The translations under genes were made by a program, and so were the position numbers. A DNA stretch of 59,582 bases, counting the filler. It is 8 parts of 8 records of this genome, joined end to end, with 100 filler letters (N's around TTAATTAATTAA, not from the genome) between each part and the next. Parts side by side here need not be neighbours in the genome. Positions count along the whole stretch, not along the records: positions 1 to 8,761 come from SRR31147125_73011; positions 8,862 to 13,936 come from SRR31147125_73079; 6 more parts are not named here. The stretch is one strand, 5' to 3'. The first letter of the stretch is position 1, and each line of letters begins with the position of its first letter. The notes below the pieces were generated by a model. The model was not told where the DNA came from. It searched no databases and saw only the letters and a list, made by a program, of their open reading frames with translations. Of this stretch, positions 1 to 11,351 are shown one piece after another.

Positions 1-69
1 TTTATGTTGGCAATGTGTTTGTTCAAGATGCTTTGGTTATCAGTTGTCTGTTTTTAAGATATCAGTTGT

Positions 70-1200
70 TTAAAGTTCATTATATCCTTCTCCCCATCTC
101 CCTTTAACAACCGAAAAAAACTCTTTAAAATATACCGTTGCAACACCAATTATCCCTCTAAAAATGTCAGATAATAAGGATAAGTGGGCGATTGGGTTTT
201 GATTTTCTAATTGGCACTTGAGCAGGCTGTATAATGGAAAAAACAGGGGTTTCTTCTTTTACCTGTATCTTAGATTGTTCTAGTTGTTTTGCCAGTTCGG
301 AGTAAACGGAATAAGCAAGGTTGTATTCGCTTTGCAAACGTTCTTCTTCGGTACGTGCCAAAGCAGAAGAAACGTTCTTGTTTTTGTCGCGAAACCTCGC
401 CAGGCTTTCCTGTGCTTGTTCAAACTCCATTTTCTTTTCGGTATATCTTTTTTCAATAAAGTTTAATTGTGCAGTTGCTTTTTCAAGCTTAAAGTTGGTG
501 ATATATTCTTGTAGCAAGTTTTGAGCTTTTTGCGCAAGTTGAGCTGCTAATTGGGCATCTTTTGAATTTGCTGTTAATGTGAGATAACCTTCTTTATCGT
601 TAATGTTTAGGGTCAGATTTTCTGAAAGTTGTTCACGAATAAGTTCTTGTTCTTCAGTAAGGGAGAGTAGTTGTTGGTTATCGGTTATCGGTTTTCGGTT
701 TTTGGTTCTCCCTTTTATACTTTTTACAATTAATCCGGGAAGGCCGATGGTGTATTTCCTAATAATATTAAAAAAACCAGGCTTTTCAATTTCGGTGTAA
801 TAGGTAAACAGACTAACGGGTTTTTCAATACCGGATATGCTATATTCAGCATGTATCAAATCGAGTTGAAAAGGCGTGGATGTTACAATTTGAGGATATA
901 CCATTGGTGATATGGTTTCTGCTCCATCCATATTGTTAACATTAAAACCTGCCATTGCAGCTAATGAAGATAAACCTCCTAATTTCCCGGCATTTGAATT
1001 TCCTGTTTGCGGAACCATGGTTGTGCTTGAGCTATATTCTTTAGGGAGAGTATCGCAATCACCAATCCCAAAAATAGTCCTATAGTTGTATATTTTATTA
1101 CCGTTTTCCTTCCATCCCAAAGGGTCTTAGCCAATTCGATTAGATCGATTTCGTCATTGCTGGCTTTTGACGAGGACTGGCTTGTATTTTTGTTTTGCAT
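70..1200 (-). CDS. wzz: Wzz-family polysaccharide chain-length determinant (frameshifted in assembly)
   Basis: The N-terminus DEIDLIELAKTLW plus a TM segment (ORF 979-1209) joins ...PKEY...GGLSSLAAMAG...VKEETPVFSIIQPAQVP..KSKPNR (ORF 167-1120). Restoring single bases near 1045 and near 158-170 gives the C-terminal TM IWTFLGGIIGVATVYF, ending at TAA 70-72. Confidence 0.85.
670..707. repeat. Degenerate heptamer tandem array inside wzz CDS
   Basis: gttgttg-gttatcg-gttatcg-gttttcg-gtttttg-gtt, which encodes TKNRKPITDNQQ on the minus strand. Related arrays lie at 36-71 and 1210-1244. Confidence 0.75.
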
Positions 1201-1209
1201 GTTGCTCAA

Positions 1210-1244
1210 GTTATCGGTTATCAGTTTTCGTTTGTCAGTTTGTC
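1210..1244. repeat. Degenerate heptamer tandem array upstream of wzz
   Basis: gttatcg-gttatca-gttttcg-tttgtca-gtttgtc. Confidence 0.7.
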
Positions 1245-1301
1245 TCCTATAGCTTTTCGACTAGGCGACTTCACGAACTCGTGCCTTCGTAGAGTCATTA
1301 T

Positions 1302-3713
1302 TTATTTTAAAACAGCAGTTATAGCAATAGCAAGAGATGAAAATGCACTGGCAATTCCTAACCATCTAGATACATTATCTCCTTCAGGCTTTGGTGGTTT
1401 TGCAGGAATGACTACCTGGCAACCCGGCATTGGTTTTGGATAATGTCGTTTAAAAAATGATTTGGTTACTTTGGTTGTTCCATCGCTGTATATAATATAT
1501 GTTTTTCCTTTTTTTGCATTGTTTGAGAAACCACCGGATCGATTGATGTAATACTTAAGGCTTCTCCCTTGCTTCCACGATTGACCAATGGGATTCAGTA
1601 CTTCCCCGGTTATCCATATTTCATCGGTTTTTTTAGGGATATAAATTTTATCACCTTCACGTAGTGTATAATCGTATTGAGAACCTGGCAGTTTCATAAT
1701 CTCACTCAATTTTAATTCGAGCCGGCTTACATCAACTTTATCTTCTATGAATCCTAAGCTGTCAGCTTGTTGCATGGTTTTAATTAGCTTCATGTTTTGC
1801 TCCATTTCAGATTGGGTATTCCGGTCTAATCGAGCACCTTCTGTATAGGCATCGGGAGTAAGCCCCCCGGCACGTTTAATAATATCAGATATCCGTTCTA
1901 TTTTATTGGAGATACTATATTCGCCCGGGTACTTTACTTCACCTTGAATACTTATGGTTTGCTGAGTAAAGTAAGAAGGAGCTTTTCGCACGTAAATGTG
2001 ATCAAATGGTTCTAAGGTGAATTTTTGGTCTTCGCTGTTTAGGTTCAGGTTTCGATCGATATTGAACTGAAACAGGCTCACCATTTTATGGTTAAGGATT
2101 GCGGCTTCCTCCGGATTGTTTCTACGAGCCACTTCAATAAACGACTGGCTGGCTGATTCTTTAAATCCACCTGCAATGAAGATTAAATCTTTTAGGCTCA
2201 TATTTTTGGAGTAATTAAACTGCCCCGGAAACATAACCTCACCAGAAATATTGAGGAAAGGTTGCTCTCCCATGCTAAATATATCCTGAATAATCACCTG
2301 ATCTTCACGCTGAAGCGGAATGTCTTTTTTGCCGCTAATAATTTCATTTACATCGAAAGCAATTGTTGTTGGAAACAATTGATCATTGAGCCGCATAATT
2401 AGTCCGCGATTGGCATAATGATCTTCGCGAATACCTTCTGCTTTGGTTATTAGCTGGCTTAAGGTTAAGCCTTCAGTTAAGCCATATTCTCCCGGTCGAA
2501 ATACAGCTCCTTCAATACTTACACGATTTTCAAACCTATTAATTATCTCTCCTGCAGAAATACTGTCGCCATTTCGAAGTTCAAAATTTGAGAATTGCTT
2601 CTGATCAACATCAAGTAATTGATATTGGTTGTTGTTATAACGGGTTAAAGACAATTTTTTCTGATAAGCAGCTTCTTTAAAACCACCTGCAAAATTGATG
2701 AGTTGCTCCAGTGTTTCATTCTGCTTTATTTCAAAAATACCAGTTCTTTTAAACTCACCAGAGAGTTCAATCCGTTTTTCATAAGGTGGAATTAGCAGAA
2801 TATCCTGATCCCTTAGTTGAACATTCTCTTTGCTATTCCCATTAATTAAATAGTCATACACATCAATTATATCATGAGTGCTACTGTTTCGGATGAGTTT
2901 AATATTTCGGAACGAGCCATTTTCATTAGGTCCACCCGATAGATAAAGTGCATTGAATGATGATGCAGTTGCAGGAATGGTATATGTGCCGGGAGCAATT
3001 ACTTCACCTATTACATTTACATTAATAGAGCGAATGTTGTTGAGGCTAACATCGGCAAATGTGCTTGGATCATCTCCGCTCATATCGCTATATATGCTTG
3101 AAAGTCGCTTGATGATTTTTTGTTGTGCTTTTTTAAACTCTTTACCGGAAACCTCTATTGATCCTAAATCGGGGATCAGAATTGTTCCATTACTATCTAC
3201 AGTTAGCATGTACGTTTGTTGGTTTGAACCCCAAACATTGATTTGAATTTGATCTCCAATTCCGATAATGTAGTTTTCAGGGGTGGGCATGTTTACCGAA
3301 GGTTCAAAGCTAAGATTTTCGGCATTAAAAAAATGGTATCCGAAAATTTGTTTGTTGAGCTTTGAAACATCCATAATCTTCTTTTCTGAGCCAGCTTCAA
3401 AGCTTGTTGAATCAATTTGAAAAGCTATATTGTTATTGACTGATTCTGAATTGTTTTGAGCTGAATTGACTTGCTTTAATCGATTTACCATTTGATCAAT
3501 CTGTAGTTGTGAAGCGCCTCTTGCTTTTGCCAGGTTTGCAGCCTGATCGATGGAAAGACCTCTGTTCTTAATTTCTTTCATAACCTGTTGAATCTGGTTA
3601 TTATTTAAGTTATCAATTTGAACAGATTGCATATTCTGGCAAATTCCGGATAATGAGAGAAGAATAAGACTAATAATTAGAATGGAAAATTTTGACTTCA
3701 TATTTTTGAACAT
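1302..3713 (-). CDS. SLBB-domain polysaccharide export protein (Wza/KpsD-like)
   Basis: Signal peptide, Poly_export motif (PENYIIGIGDQIQINVWG) and repeated SLBB units (VIGEVIAPGTY, ISGEVMFPGQF, IQGEVKYPGEY, AGG motifs). Lies directly upstream of wzz. Confidence 0.9.
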   Translation of the reverse strand: MFKNMKSKFSILIISLILLSLSGICQNMQSVQIDNLNNNQIQQVMKEIKNRGLSIDQAANLAKARGASQLQIDQMVNRLKQVNSAQNNSESVNNNIAFQIDSTSFEAGSEKKIMDVSKLNKQIFGYHFFNAENLSFEPSVNMPTPENYIIGIGDQIQINVWGSNQQTYMLTVDSNGTILIPDLGSIEVSGKEFKKAQQKIIKRLSSIYSDMSGDDPSTFADVSLNNIRSINVNVIGEVIAPGTYTIPATASSFNALYLSGGPNENGSFRNIKLIRNSSTHDIIDVYDYLINGNSKENVQLRDQDILLIPPYEKRIELSGEFKRTGIFEIKQNETLEQLINFAGGFKEAAYQKKLSLTRYNNNQYQLLDVDQKQFSNFELRNGDSISAGEIINRFENRVSIEGAVFRPGEYGLTEGLTLSQLITKAEGIREDHYANRGLIMRLNDQLFPTTIAFDVNEIISGKKDIPLQREDQVIIQDIFSMGEQPFLNISGEVMFPGQFNYSKNMSLKDLIFIAGGFKESASQSFIEVARRNNPEEAAILNHKMVSLFQFNIDRNLNLNSEDQKFTLEPFDHIYVRKAPSYFTQQTISIQGEVKYPGEYSISNKIERISDIIKRAGGLTPDAYTEGARLDRNTQSEMEQNMKLIKTMQQADSLGFIEDKVDVSRLELKLSEIMKLPGSQYDYTLREGDKIYIPKKTDEIWITGEVLNPIGQSWKQGRSLKYYINRSGGFSNNAKKGKTYIIYSDGTTKVTKSFFKRHYPKPMPGCQVVIPAKPPKPEGDNVSRWLGIASAFSSLAIAITAVLK

Positions 3714-3831
3714 TCAGGTGTCGGTTGATAAACGAAATTTAAACATTAATAGTGTACTCTAATAAGTAGTTTTGTTACTTAAAAGGGTTGCTTTTTGCTT
3801 GAAATATTTATTGTAAGTTTTATTTTCACAA

Positions 3832-3925
3832 TAGCTTCGCTCGCTAGGTCACTATAAGAGAAAGCAAGTTATTATAGTATATCCCTAAAAGCAAGCATAC
3901 CCTATATAAATAAGAATCAAAATTA
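3832..3925 (-). promoter_or_regulatory. Putative promoter and structured leader of the export operon
   Basis: Bacteroidota -7 element TAATTTTG (minus strand, 3918-3925), then the hairpin ACTATAA...TTATAGT (3851-3878), then GACCTAGCGAGCGAAGCTA. Confidence 0.5.
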
Positions 3926-4288
3926 GCGATATAAGTAGGGCTATTTCGGATTATCTGATAAAATTATTTGAACTGTGCATTTTTTCTATTGAAAGTACAG
4001 TTTTATAATATGAACGGAGAATTAAAGCATTATTATGTAATGTACGTGTCATGTTGAATTTAGTAACGGTTTTCTGGCTATTTACCCTTACACGAAACAG
4101 GTTGTGTGAAAATGGAAGTTTGCCTAAGCCTGGCATCTATGGTAGAGAGTAGGTTTGAATAGTTTTATACAAATTGTAAGATCGTTCAAAATTCAGCAAA
4201 AATTGTATTCAATTAATAATTTTTACATTTACACGTTAAATAATTGGCTAATTCAAAATAAGTTTAGCTTTTTATTTTTTTTAATGCT

Positions 4289-5700
4289 ATGAAAACAAAA
4301 CACCTCATATTTACAATTGGTCTAATTTTAACTGTTCATTTGTTATGGGCTCAAGCTGAAGTTTCTGAAACAGAAATCTCTGTTTCAACAAGCAATTTTA
4401 TTTCCAACAACAATGGGCAACCATTTTGGCTTCATGCAAATCGATTAGGAATAGTAGATGAAAATGAATCGATTCAAGGAATGCTTAATTTTTCAGCTAA
4501 GAGAAAGCATGTGCTGGATTATTCAACTAAGAAATATTGGGAAGGCGGAATGAGCCTACTGGGTCGGTATTATGGAAATGAATCAATTCGGTTTGTGGAG
4601 TATTGGGGGCGATTTAATTATAAGGGGTTCTATGTTCATGCTGGGGCAAAAGGGGAGTCAGATTTTAACAACGGTATTTCTTTAACGAATGGCAATCTTT
4701 ATTTATCGAATAATGCCAGACCAATGCCTCGTGTAGAGATAGGAGCAACAGCTTTTCATCCATTTACAAATGGGGTTTGGAAGAAAATTTCATTTGAAGG
4801 CTTGTACTCCGAATATTTTTTACTTGATGATCGGTATATTAAAAATGCACATCTTCACCATAAACGATTAGGAGTTAATTATAAGCTTTCTCCATCATGG
4901 GGCTTTTCTTTTGCAATAGACCATTGGGCTTTCTGGGGGGAGAATTTCCAGATGGAAGTAAAATTCCGGGGATAGAGGATTACCTGAGACATATTTTTGC
5001 TTTCTCAGGAAGCGAAGAGTCAATAATAACTGAGCAGCAGAATGCTTCTGGAAATCATACAGGACAATATCAGTTTTTAATCAATCATAAAAATAAGAAA
5101 GGAGCTCTTGATTTTTACTGGCAACATTTGTGGGAGGATGGTACGGGATTAAAGTTTAAGAATATTTCAGATGGTTTGTGGGGGATTTCTTATACAAATT
5201 TGAATAAGCAGGCTTTTTTAAATGGGCTGGTTTTCGAGTATGTTCACACAAAACACCAAAGCGGAAGATATCATGATTATAATGATGAATTTATAGGAGG
5301 CAGGGATAATTATTTTAATCATGGAATTTATCGTTCAGGTTTTACTAGCTATGGGCGAATGATTGGTATGCCATTACTTATTCCTGAAGTTGATTCTAAT
5401 GGGATTTCCAAAGGCTTTGAAAGCAACCGGCTTTGGTCACTGCATTCTGGCTTATCTGGGAGTTTTAGCAAAGAACTATTTTGGAGGTTTTTGCTAACTT
5501 ATTCAGAACATTTTGGCACACATGCAACTCCATTTTCTGAAGACAAGGATTTATTTTCATTAGGGTTTGATATTAACTGGAGTCGAATTAAAAGTCCATT
5601 TTCGTATCGGTTAAAAATAGCTGTTGACAGGGGAGATTATTTACCAAAAACGGAAGGAATTGAGTTCTCAGCAAGCTATCATTTCAATAAAAGTAGGTAG
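4289..5700 (+). CDS. Capsule assembly Wzi-family outer-membrane protein (frameshift near 4935)
   Basis: PFWLHANRLG, SNNARPMPR and GRDNYFNHGIY motifs. The two overlapping ORFs join if one G is restored in the G-run at about 4935-4940. Confidence 0.8.
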
Positions 5701-6892
5701 ATTCTAAGTTTTGTTTAGGCTCGTTTTTTGAAAAAAGTATTCGCCCTTTATTTATTATTTTAATTAGTTTTTCTTCATCAGAACTAATTCCGATGCTCAG
5801 AATTTTTCGTGTTAAGTTAAGTTGTGTTTGTTTTCGTTTTATTTTTAGCTTATTGATCTGATTTAGAGTGCCTATGAGGGTGAAGCTTAGTGTTAAGATA
5901 AGAATGAAACTTCCAGTAACAGAGATATAGTTTTGAATAATAACAGATAAGATTAGAAATAAAGAAGTATAGCAAACCAGAAAACATGAAGCTTGAACAT
6001 GTTTCATCCCTAGTTTGATTAATAAATGATGAATGTGGTTCATATCAGCAGAGAAAGGTGATCTTTTCTGATATATTCGAATAGTGAAAACTCTCAGTAC
6101 ATCACAAACAGGAACAATAAGCAATGACAAAGCGATTGTTGGAAAATGCTTTAGTAAGCCAGGATGTGCTGCCCCTGCGCCACTGTTGAAAAATTTAATG
6201 GTGATCACAGCCAATACTGCTCCAATTATTAAGGATCCGGTATCGCCCATAAAGATTTTGTTTTCCTTGCTCAAGAGGTTAAAGCGAAGGAATGCCATTA
6301 GACTTCCTGCTAGTGAAAAAGAAAGGATTGCATAGGAGTGAGCCCCTTCAGTAAAAAACCATGTGCCTAAAAATAGAGAAACAAATAGCGTGATTCCTGC
6401 TGCCAGTCCATCAATACCATCAATTAAGTTTATTGCATTTATTAAGAATATAATAATTGAAAATGAAATTAGATAAGAAAACCATCCTGGTATATTTTGA
6501 AGACCAAATAAGTCATTCAAATTTTCAATTTTTACATCTCCCATAAAAACGATTAATGCAACAGCTGCAAGTTGAACCATGAACTTCTTTTTTGCAGAGA
6601 TTACAAGGATGTCATCTTTAAGTCCAATAAAAAGCATAATAATTGCTCCGAAAAGATATCGTATCTCTGAAGGAAAATGATGTTGTTGCAAAACAATAAA
6701 GCTAAGTGTTATCCCAATAAATATGCCAACACCTCCTAATGTAGGAACAACAACTTTATTTAATTTACGATGATTGGGTTCATCAAAAAGGTTTTTAGCT
6801 TTTGAAATTCGAATAATTGGAGGGATGCTAATATATGTTAAGATAAAACTTAACGCAATTGCTGATATTTCTAGTAATACAATATTGTCCAT
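5684..6892 (-). CDS. MraY/WecA-family (GT4) undecaprenyl-phosphate sugar-phosphate transferase
   Basis: PTLGGVGI, GLKDD, NAINLIDGIDGLA, IFMGDTGS and HIHHLL motifs; multiple TM segments. Confidence 0.92.
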   Translation of the reverse strand: MDNIVLLEISAIALSFILTYISIPPIIRISKAKNLFDEPNHRKLNKVVVPTLGGVGIFIGITLSFIVLQQHHFPSEIRYLFGAIIMLFIGLKDDILVISAKKKFMVQLAAVALIVFMGDVKIENLNDLFGLQNIPGWFSYLISFSIIIFLINAINLIDGIDGLAAGITLFVSLFLGTWFFTEGAHSYAILSFSLAGSLMAFLRFNLLSKENKIFMGDTGSLIIGAVLAVITIKFFNSGAGAAHPGLLKHFPTIALSLLIVPVCDVLRVFTIRIYQKRSPFSADMNHIHHLLIKLGMKHVQASCFLVCYTSLFLILSVIIQNYISVTGSFILILTLSFTLIGTLNQINKLKIKRKQTQLNLTRKILSIGISSDEEKLIKIINKGRILFSKNEPKQNLESTYFY

Positions 6893-7283
6893 GTCTGCTA
6901 GGGGTTTAATTTGCTAGCTAATTTAACTTAAAATTGAAATAATGCGAAGTTTCATAGCCTGCCATAATTAAATTTACAATAAACTTAAAATATACTTAAC
7001 ATTGCATTTATCGTGAAAGCCGATAAATGATGATGTCTTATAGTTAATGATGAAGAACTCTTATAAAGGTTGCGTATCTACTTTACGCTTAGGAGCTGAT
7101 ATACCCTACCTTTTGTGTTAGGAAAGTTTTATTTAATGGCTTTTGAGAACTATAACGGATTTGGAATAGATTTGTTGCTTGTAATTTGTTAATTCCACAA
7201 TTAGTATGCATTGGGCATGTTTTGTGTACATAATTATTACGAACCTAGGTGCTCTTTGGCTTGTGTGAAGTTAGAGATGGAGC

Positions 7284-7310
7284 AAAAAAAGGCTCTAAAA
7301 AAGAGCCTTT
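7284..7310 (-). terminator. Intrinsic terminator after serS
   Basis: aaaggctct/agagccttt stem followed by a T7 tract on the minus strand, about 25 nt after the serS stop. Confidence 0.75.
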
Positions 7311-7334
7311 GAATATATATTTTTGAAAGAAATC

Positions 7335-8608
7335 TTAATCAATCAGATCAAATCCACAGTATGGAATTAGCACTTCTGGAATTTTAATTCCTTCAGGTGT
7401 TTGATTATTTTCCAGTAGGGCGGCTACAATTCTTGGTAATGCTAGTGCGCTGCCATTTAGGGTGTGTGCAATTTGCGGTTTTTTATTGTTTTCATCCCTG
7501 AAACGAAGCTTCAATCGGTTTGCCTGGAATGATTCAAAATTTGAAACTGAACTTACCTCAAGCCATTTTCCTGGGCTGCAGAGAAAACTTCAAAGTCGTA
7601 AGTTAATGCAGCTGTAAAACTCATGTCGCCACCACACAGTCGAAGAATACGATATGGGAGTTCAAGTTTTTGAACTAAACTTTCAACATGAGCTACCATT
7701 CCATCAAGAATCTCATAGCTATTTTTTGGATTAGCAACCTGCACAATCTCTACTTTATCAAATTGGTGCAGGCGGTTCAATCCACGAACATCTTTTCCGT
7801 AAGAGCCAGCTTCTCTACGAAAACAGGCACTGTACGCTGTATTTTTAATTGGAAGATCTTTGCCTTCAACAATAACGTCGCGGTATAAGTTTGTGACCGG
7901 AACTTCAGCAGTAGGAATCAAATAGAGGTTGTCTTCTGTGGCATGGTACATTTGTCCTTCTTTATCAGGAAGCTGCCCAGTGCCGAATCCGCTAGCTTCA
8001 TTTACCATTAAGGGGGGCTGAACCTCAAGGTAGCCAGCGTTTAGTGCTTCATCCAGAAAGAAGTTGATCAATGCACGTTGAAGTCGTGCACCTTTCCCTT
8101 TGTAAACTGGAAATCCTGCTCCAGTTAGTTTTACGCCCAATTCAAAATCAATCAGATTGTATTTCGAAGCCAATTCCCAGTGTGGTAGTTTGTCTTTATG
8201 AAGATTTGGATTCTCTCCAGCTGTTTTTACAACTTTGTTGTCTTCGGGGGTTTTCCCTGCAGGAACAATATCAGCGGGAATATTTGGCAACTGCACTTGA
8301 AGTTCGTAAACCTGCTCATCTATTTTTGCAAAGTTTTCATCCAGTTGCTTAATTTGGTCTTTTAGTTCGGCCGTTTTTTCTTTAGCCGAATTGGCTTCAT
8401 CTGCTTTCCCTTCGCGAAACAACATCCCAATCTCTTTTGAGAGTTTGTTCATTTCAGCTTTTACCTGATCGGCAGAAGATTGAATTTTATTCTTCTTTTT
8501 ATAAAGATCAATGATTTGTCCAACGATGCCTTTAGCATCAAAATTTTTCTTTTTAAGCTTCTCAATAACCTCTTCCGGGTTATTCTGGATGAATCGTAAA
8601 TTAAGCAT
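7335..8608 (-). CDS. serS: Seryl-tRNA synthetase (one-base frameshift near 7567)
   Basis: LIPTAEVP and [25 protein letters not shown]. After restoring one A the frame continues [10 protein letters not shown]...[12 protein letters not shown]...FDLID* to 7335. Confidence 0.97.
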
Positions 8609-8652
8609 GTTGCAGTGTTTTAATAAAATGCTCGGCAAATTTATAAATAAAA

Positions 8653-8682
8653 AAACTCCTGCCTCAATAAAGACAGGAGTTT
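8653..8682 (-). terminator. Intrinsic terminator after rpmA
   Basis: aaactcctg...caggagttt stem with flanking A/T tracts. A TAAATTTG -7 element for serS follows at 8636-8643. Confidence 0.65.
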
Positions 8683-8707
8683 CTTTTTAAGAATATCTTA
8701 ATTCTTA

Positions 8708-8761
8708 CTAGTTTGCTGAAACGATAGGTTCAACAGAAACGTAAGATTTGTTGTTTCTTTT
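8708..8761 (-). CDS. rpmA: 50S ribosomal protein L27, C-terminal fragment
   Basis: Translates as KRNNKSYVSVEPIVSAN*. This matches the L27 C-terminus, and rpmA-serS is a familiar Bacteroidota gene order. Confidence 0.75.
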   Translation of the reverse strand, partial: KRNNKSYVSVEPIVSAN

Positions 8762-8861
8762 NNNNNNNNNNNNNNNNNNNNNNNNNNNNNNNNNNNNNNN
8801 NNNNNTTAATTAATTAANNNNNNNNNNNNNNNNNNNNNNNNNNNNNNNNNNNNNNNNNNNN
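8762..8861. other. Artificial contig spacer (also 13937-14036, 19534-19633, 33997-34096, 39721-39820, 46162-46261, 53398-53497)
   Basis: N44-TTAATTAATTAA-N44, with stops in all six frames. GC content and gene style change abruptly across each spacer. Confidence 0.98.
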
Positions 8862-10198
8862 TTTAGTTTATTTTTGTTTGAAATAAGTATCTGCATTTCA
8901 TTTTTAGCCTCTAGTTCAGCTTCTTTTGAAAAGCGAATTAGGAAAGCAAAAAGCGATATTACAACGACAACTATACCAATTACAAATAGTGCTTGCTGGT
9001 AGGAAACTCCTTCCATTTTGAAAAGGAATCCTGCAGCTACAGCTCCAGCATTTCCTCCGGCTCCAACTATCCCGGAAACGGTACCTACTGATTTTTTATT
9101 AATAAATGGAACAACTGAGAAAGTTGCTCCTTCAGACATTTGTACAAACAAACTAAAGATGATCATAGAGCCTATGGCAAGTGGGAGAACTGTCATCTTG
9201 CTAAAAAACATGATTGCCAATCCCTCTAAGAATAAGGCGATAAATAGGAAATAGACTCTTCCTTTTAAACCCCATCTCATGCCTGATTTGTCGCCAATAA
9301 AACCGCCAAGCGAACGTGCAAATAGGTTCATTAATCCAAACAATCCTGCAATTAATCCAGCTGTCCGAACATCCAGATCGAAATAATCTTTATAATACAG
9401 AGAGGCAATATTGTTAATTGTTAGTTCAACACCAAAGCAAGCTCCGTAGATTAAAAATAAACCCCATACTCTGTAATCTTTTAGGGTGGCTAAAAAGCTT
9501 CCTTTTTCAGCTTTCTTTTTAATTGCAAATTCAGGATTAAGCTTTTTTAAATCTTTAATATTTCCTTCGGGTGTATCGGTTGTAAATTTGTAATAGACTA
9601 CCCCCATGGTAATCATTAGAACTCCAGGGACTACCATTGCATATCTCCACGCCTGGCTGTTAATAAATCCTAATCCAACAAATCCTGCAAAAATGAGTGG
9701 CATAACCATTTGGGTAACTCCTCCTCCAAGGTTTCCCCATCCTGCGGTTGTTGCATTCGCAGTTCCTACCACATTGGGTGCAAACATTAATGATGTATGA
9801 AATTGGGTAAGTACGAAAGATGCACCAATAACCCCAATCATTAGCCTAAAAACAAGAATTGAAGTATAATCATTACTCAACCCAATTAGCATAACTGGAA
9901 TTGCTCCAAGTATAAGTATCCATGTATAGGTTATTCGTGGACCAATTTTATCAGCCAGCCATCCGATGAAAAGTCGGGCGAAAATTGTAATCATCACTGA
10001 TGAGATAATGATATTCCCAATTTGGGATTTTGTCAAAAGAAGCTCTTCGCGTATTATTGCCATTAGGGGAGCAACTCCAAACCATCCAAAAAAGCAAAGG
10101 AAAAAAGAGAACCACGTGATATGAAATGTTCTCATTTGGATTGTTTTCAAGCTAAATAAATTGATTCTGGTTGCTTTTTTTGAATTTGACTCTATCAT
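8862..10198 (-). CDS. NarK/NRT2-family nitrate/nitrite MFS transporter (3' end truncated)
   Basis: FHITWFSFFLCFFGWF, VGTANATTAGWGNLGGG, YGACFGVELT and GIVGAGGNAGAV signatures. Confidence 0.93.
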
Positions 10199-10588
10199 AC
10201 CTTGAAATATTAGATTAATAAAAGATCTTATTGTCTTAAATACTGTATCAAAGAAATGAAAATATCCACACCATTTGTCTGCTAATTGTGTTAATTAAAC
10301 ATTAAAAAGACAAAAAATACATAATAAAACACGCAAAATGGCACAATAAAACATGCATTTTCTATCAAAATGACAATATTTAGTGGCGGGTTTGTATTGT
10401 TTGAAATCGCGAAATGTATTGAAGATTAGACACTACGAGCTGTTGTAGGCTTAAAGTCTGTAATTGCTGTTGAATAAATGATATTTGGGAAGGTGATGGA
10501 TTGATATTGATGTTAATTGAATATTAATAAAAGGATCTATTTCTCTTTTGTTGGGGGGGAGCAGATCTTAAGATTAAAAAGAAATTGT

Positions 10589-11160
10589 CTAAAAAACCTT
10601 ATCCTTTTCCAGAAGTCTTGATTTTACCCTTGAGAGGGTAGTGTAATGTACGCCAAGGAAACTTGCTATCATCCGATCTGAGATTTGGTTGTAGACATGC
10701 TTGTATTCTTTAAGGAAAGTCTCATATCGTTTCTCCAGGTCGGCTTCTTTAAGTAGTTTTAGTTGCCTGTAGGTTGAACTGATGTCATCGGTTAGCACTC
10801 CATAATAGAGACTTGACACTTGTTCATTTTTAATGGAGCACGTGCAAAAGAAATCTCTTTAACTGAAGTGATTTCAGAATCTGTAAGAGCTTGAGCATAA
10901 AATTTACCAGCTTTCTTCTTTGATATTTCAATTGCAGGTCGCAAAACTTCACCACCACTTTTAAAATCGATAATTGTTTTTGTATTGTCTTCGTCTTTCC
11001 AAAACAAAACAATTACCCCACGATTAACAATTGAAATATTCTCCGAACCAATTATTTCTTCACCAAGAAGTTCGTCTTTTTTAAATTGGTTAATTGTAGA
11101 GTTTGATTCTAAATTCTCTCCTAAAAAATATTCTGTTGGAAATTCAAAGTTATCCATCAT
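10589..11160 (-). CDS. Crp/Fnr-family cNMP-binding-fold transcriptional regulator (frameshift near 10858)
   Basis: N-terminal cNMP-like region (QALTDSEI) and C-terminal EKRYETFL...IASFLGVHYTTLSRVK HTH. The two parts join by restoring one A. Confidence 0.8.
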
Positions 11161-11297
11161 CTTATAAATTGTGATTCCTGATTCATTTCTCTTTTATGAG
11201 TTTAAAAATAGCTAAAAAATACACTTGTTTTACATAGATATTGTAGCAGATAGATCGCATAAATTATGCAGATTCTCTAAAATGCCTTACTGTTGAA

Positions 11298-11351
11298 TGT
11301 TAGCGTTCGCTAACAAAGATTGAGCTTTTTGTTTGTTAGCGTTTGCTAACA
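11298..11351. promoter_or_regulatory. Twin palindromic operators
   Basis: TGTTAGCGTTCGCTAACA (11298-11315) and TGTTAGCGTTTGCTAACA (11334-11351), 36 bp apart, between divergent genes. Confidence 0.75.

Noticed and set aside
7064-7114. Imperfect hairpin upstream of the wecA-like gene as a riboswitch or ncRNA
   Set aside because: It is only a weak stem (AAAGGT...ACCTTT) with no recognisable family motif.
10199-10588. FNR box or sigma-54 promoter upstream of the nitrate transporter
   Set aside because: No TTGAT-N4-ATCAA and no correctly spaced GG-N10-GC was found by eye.
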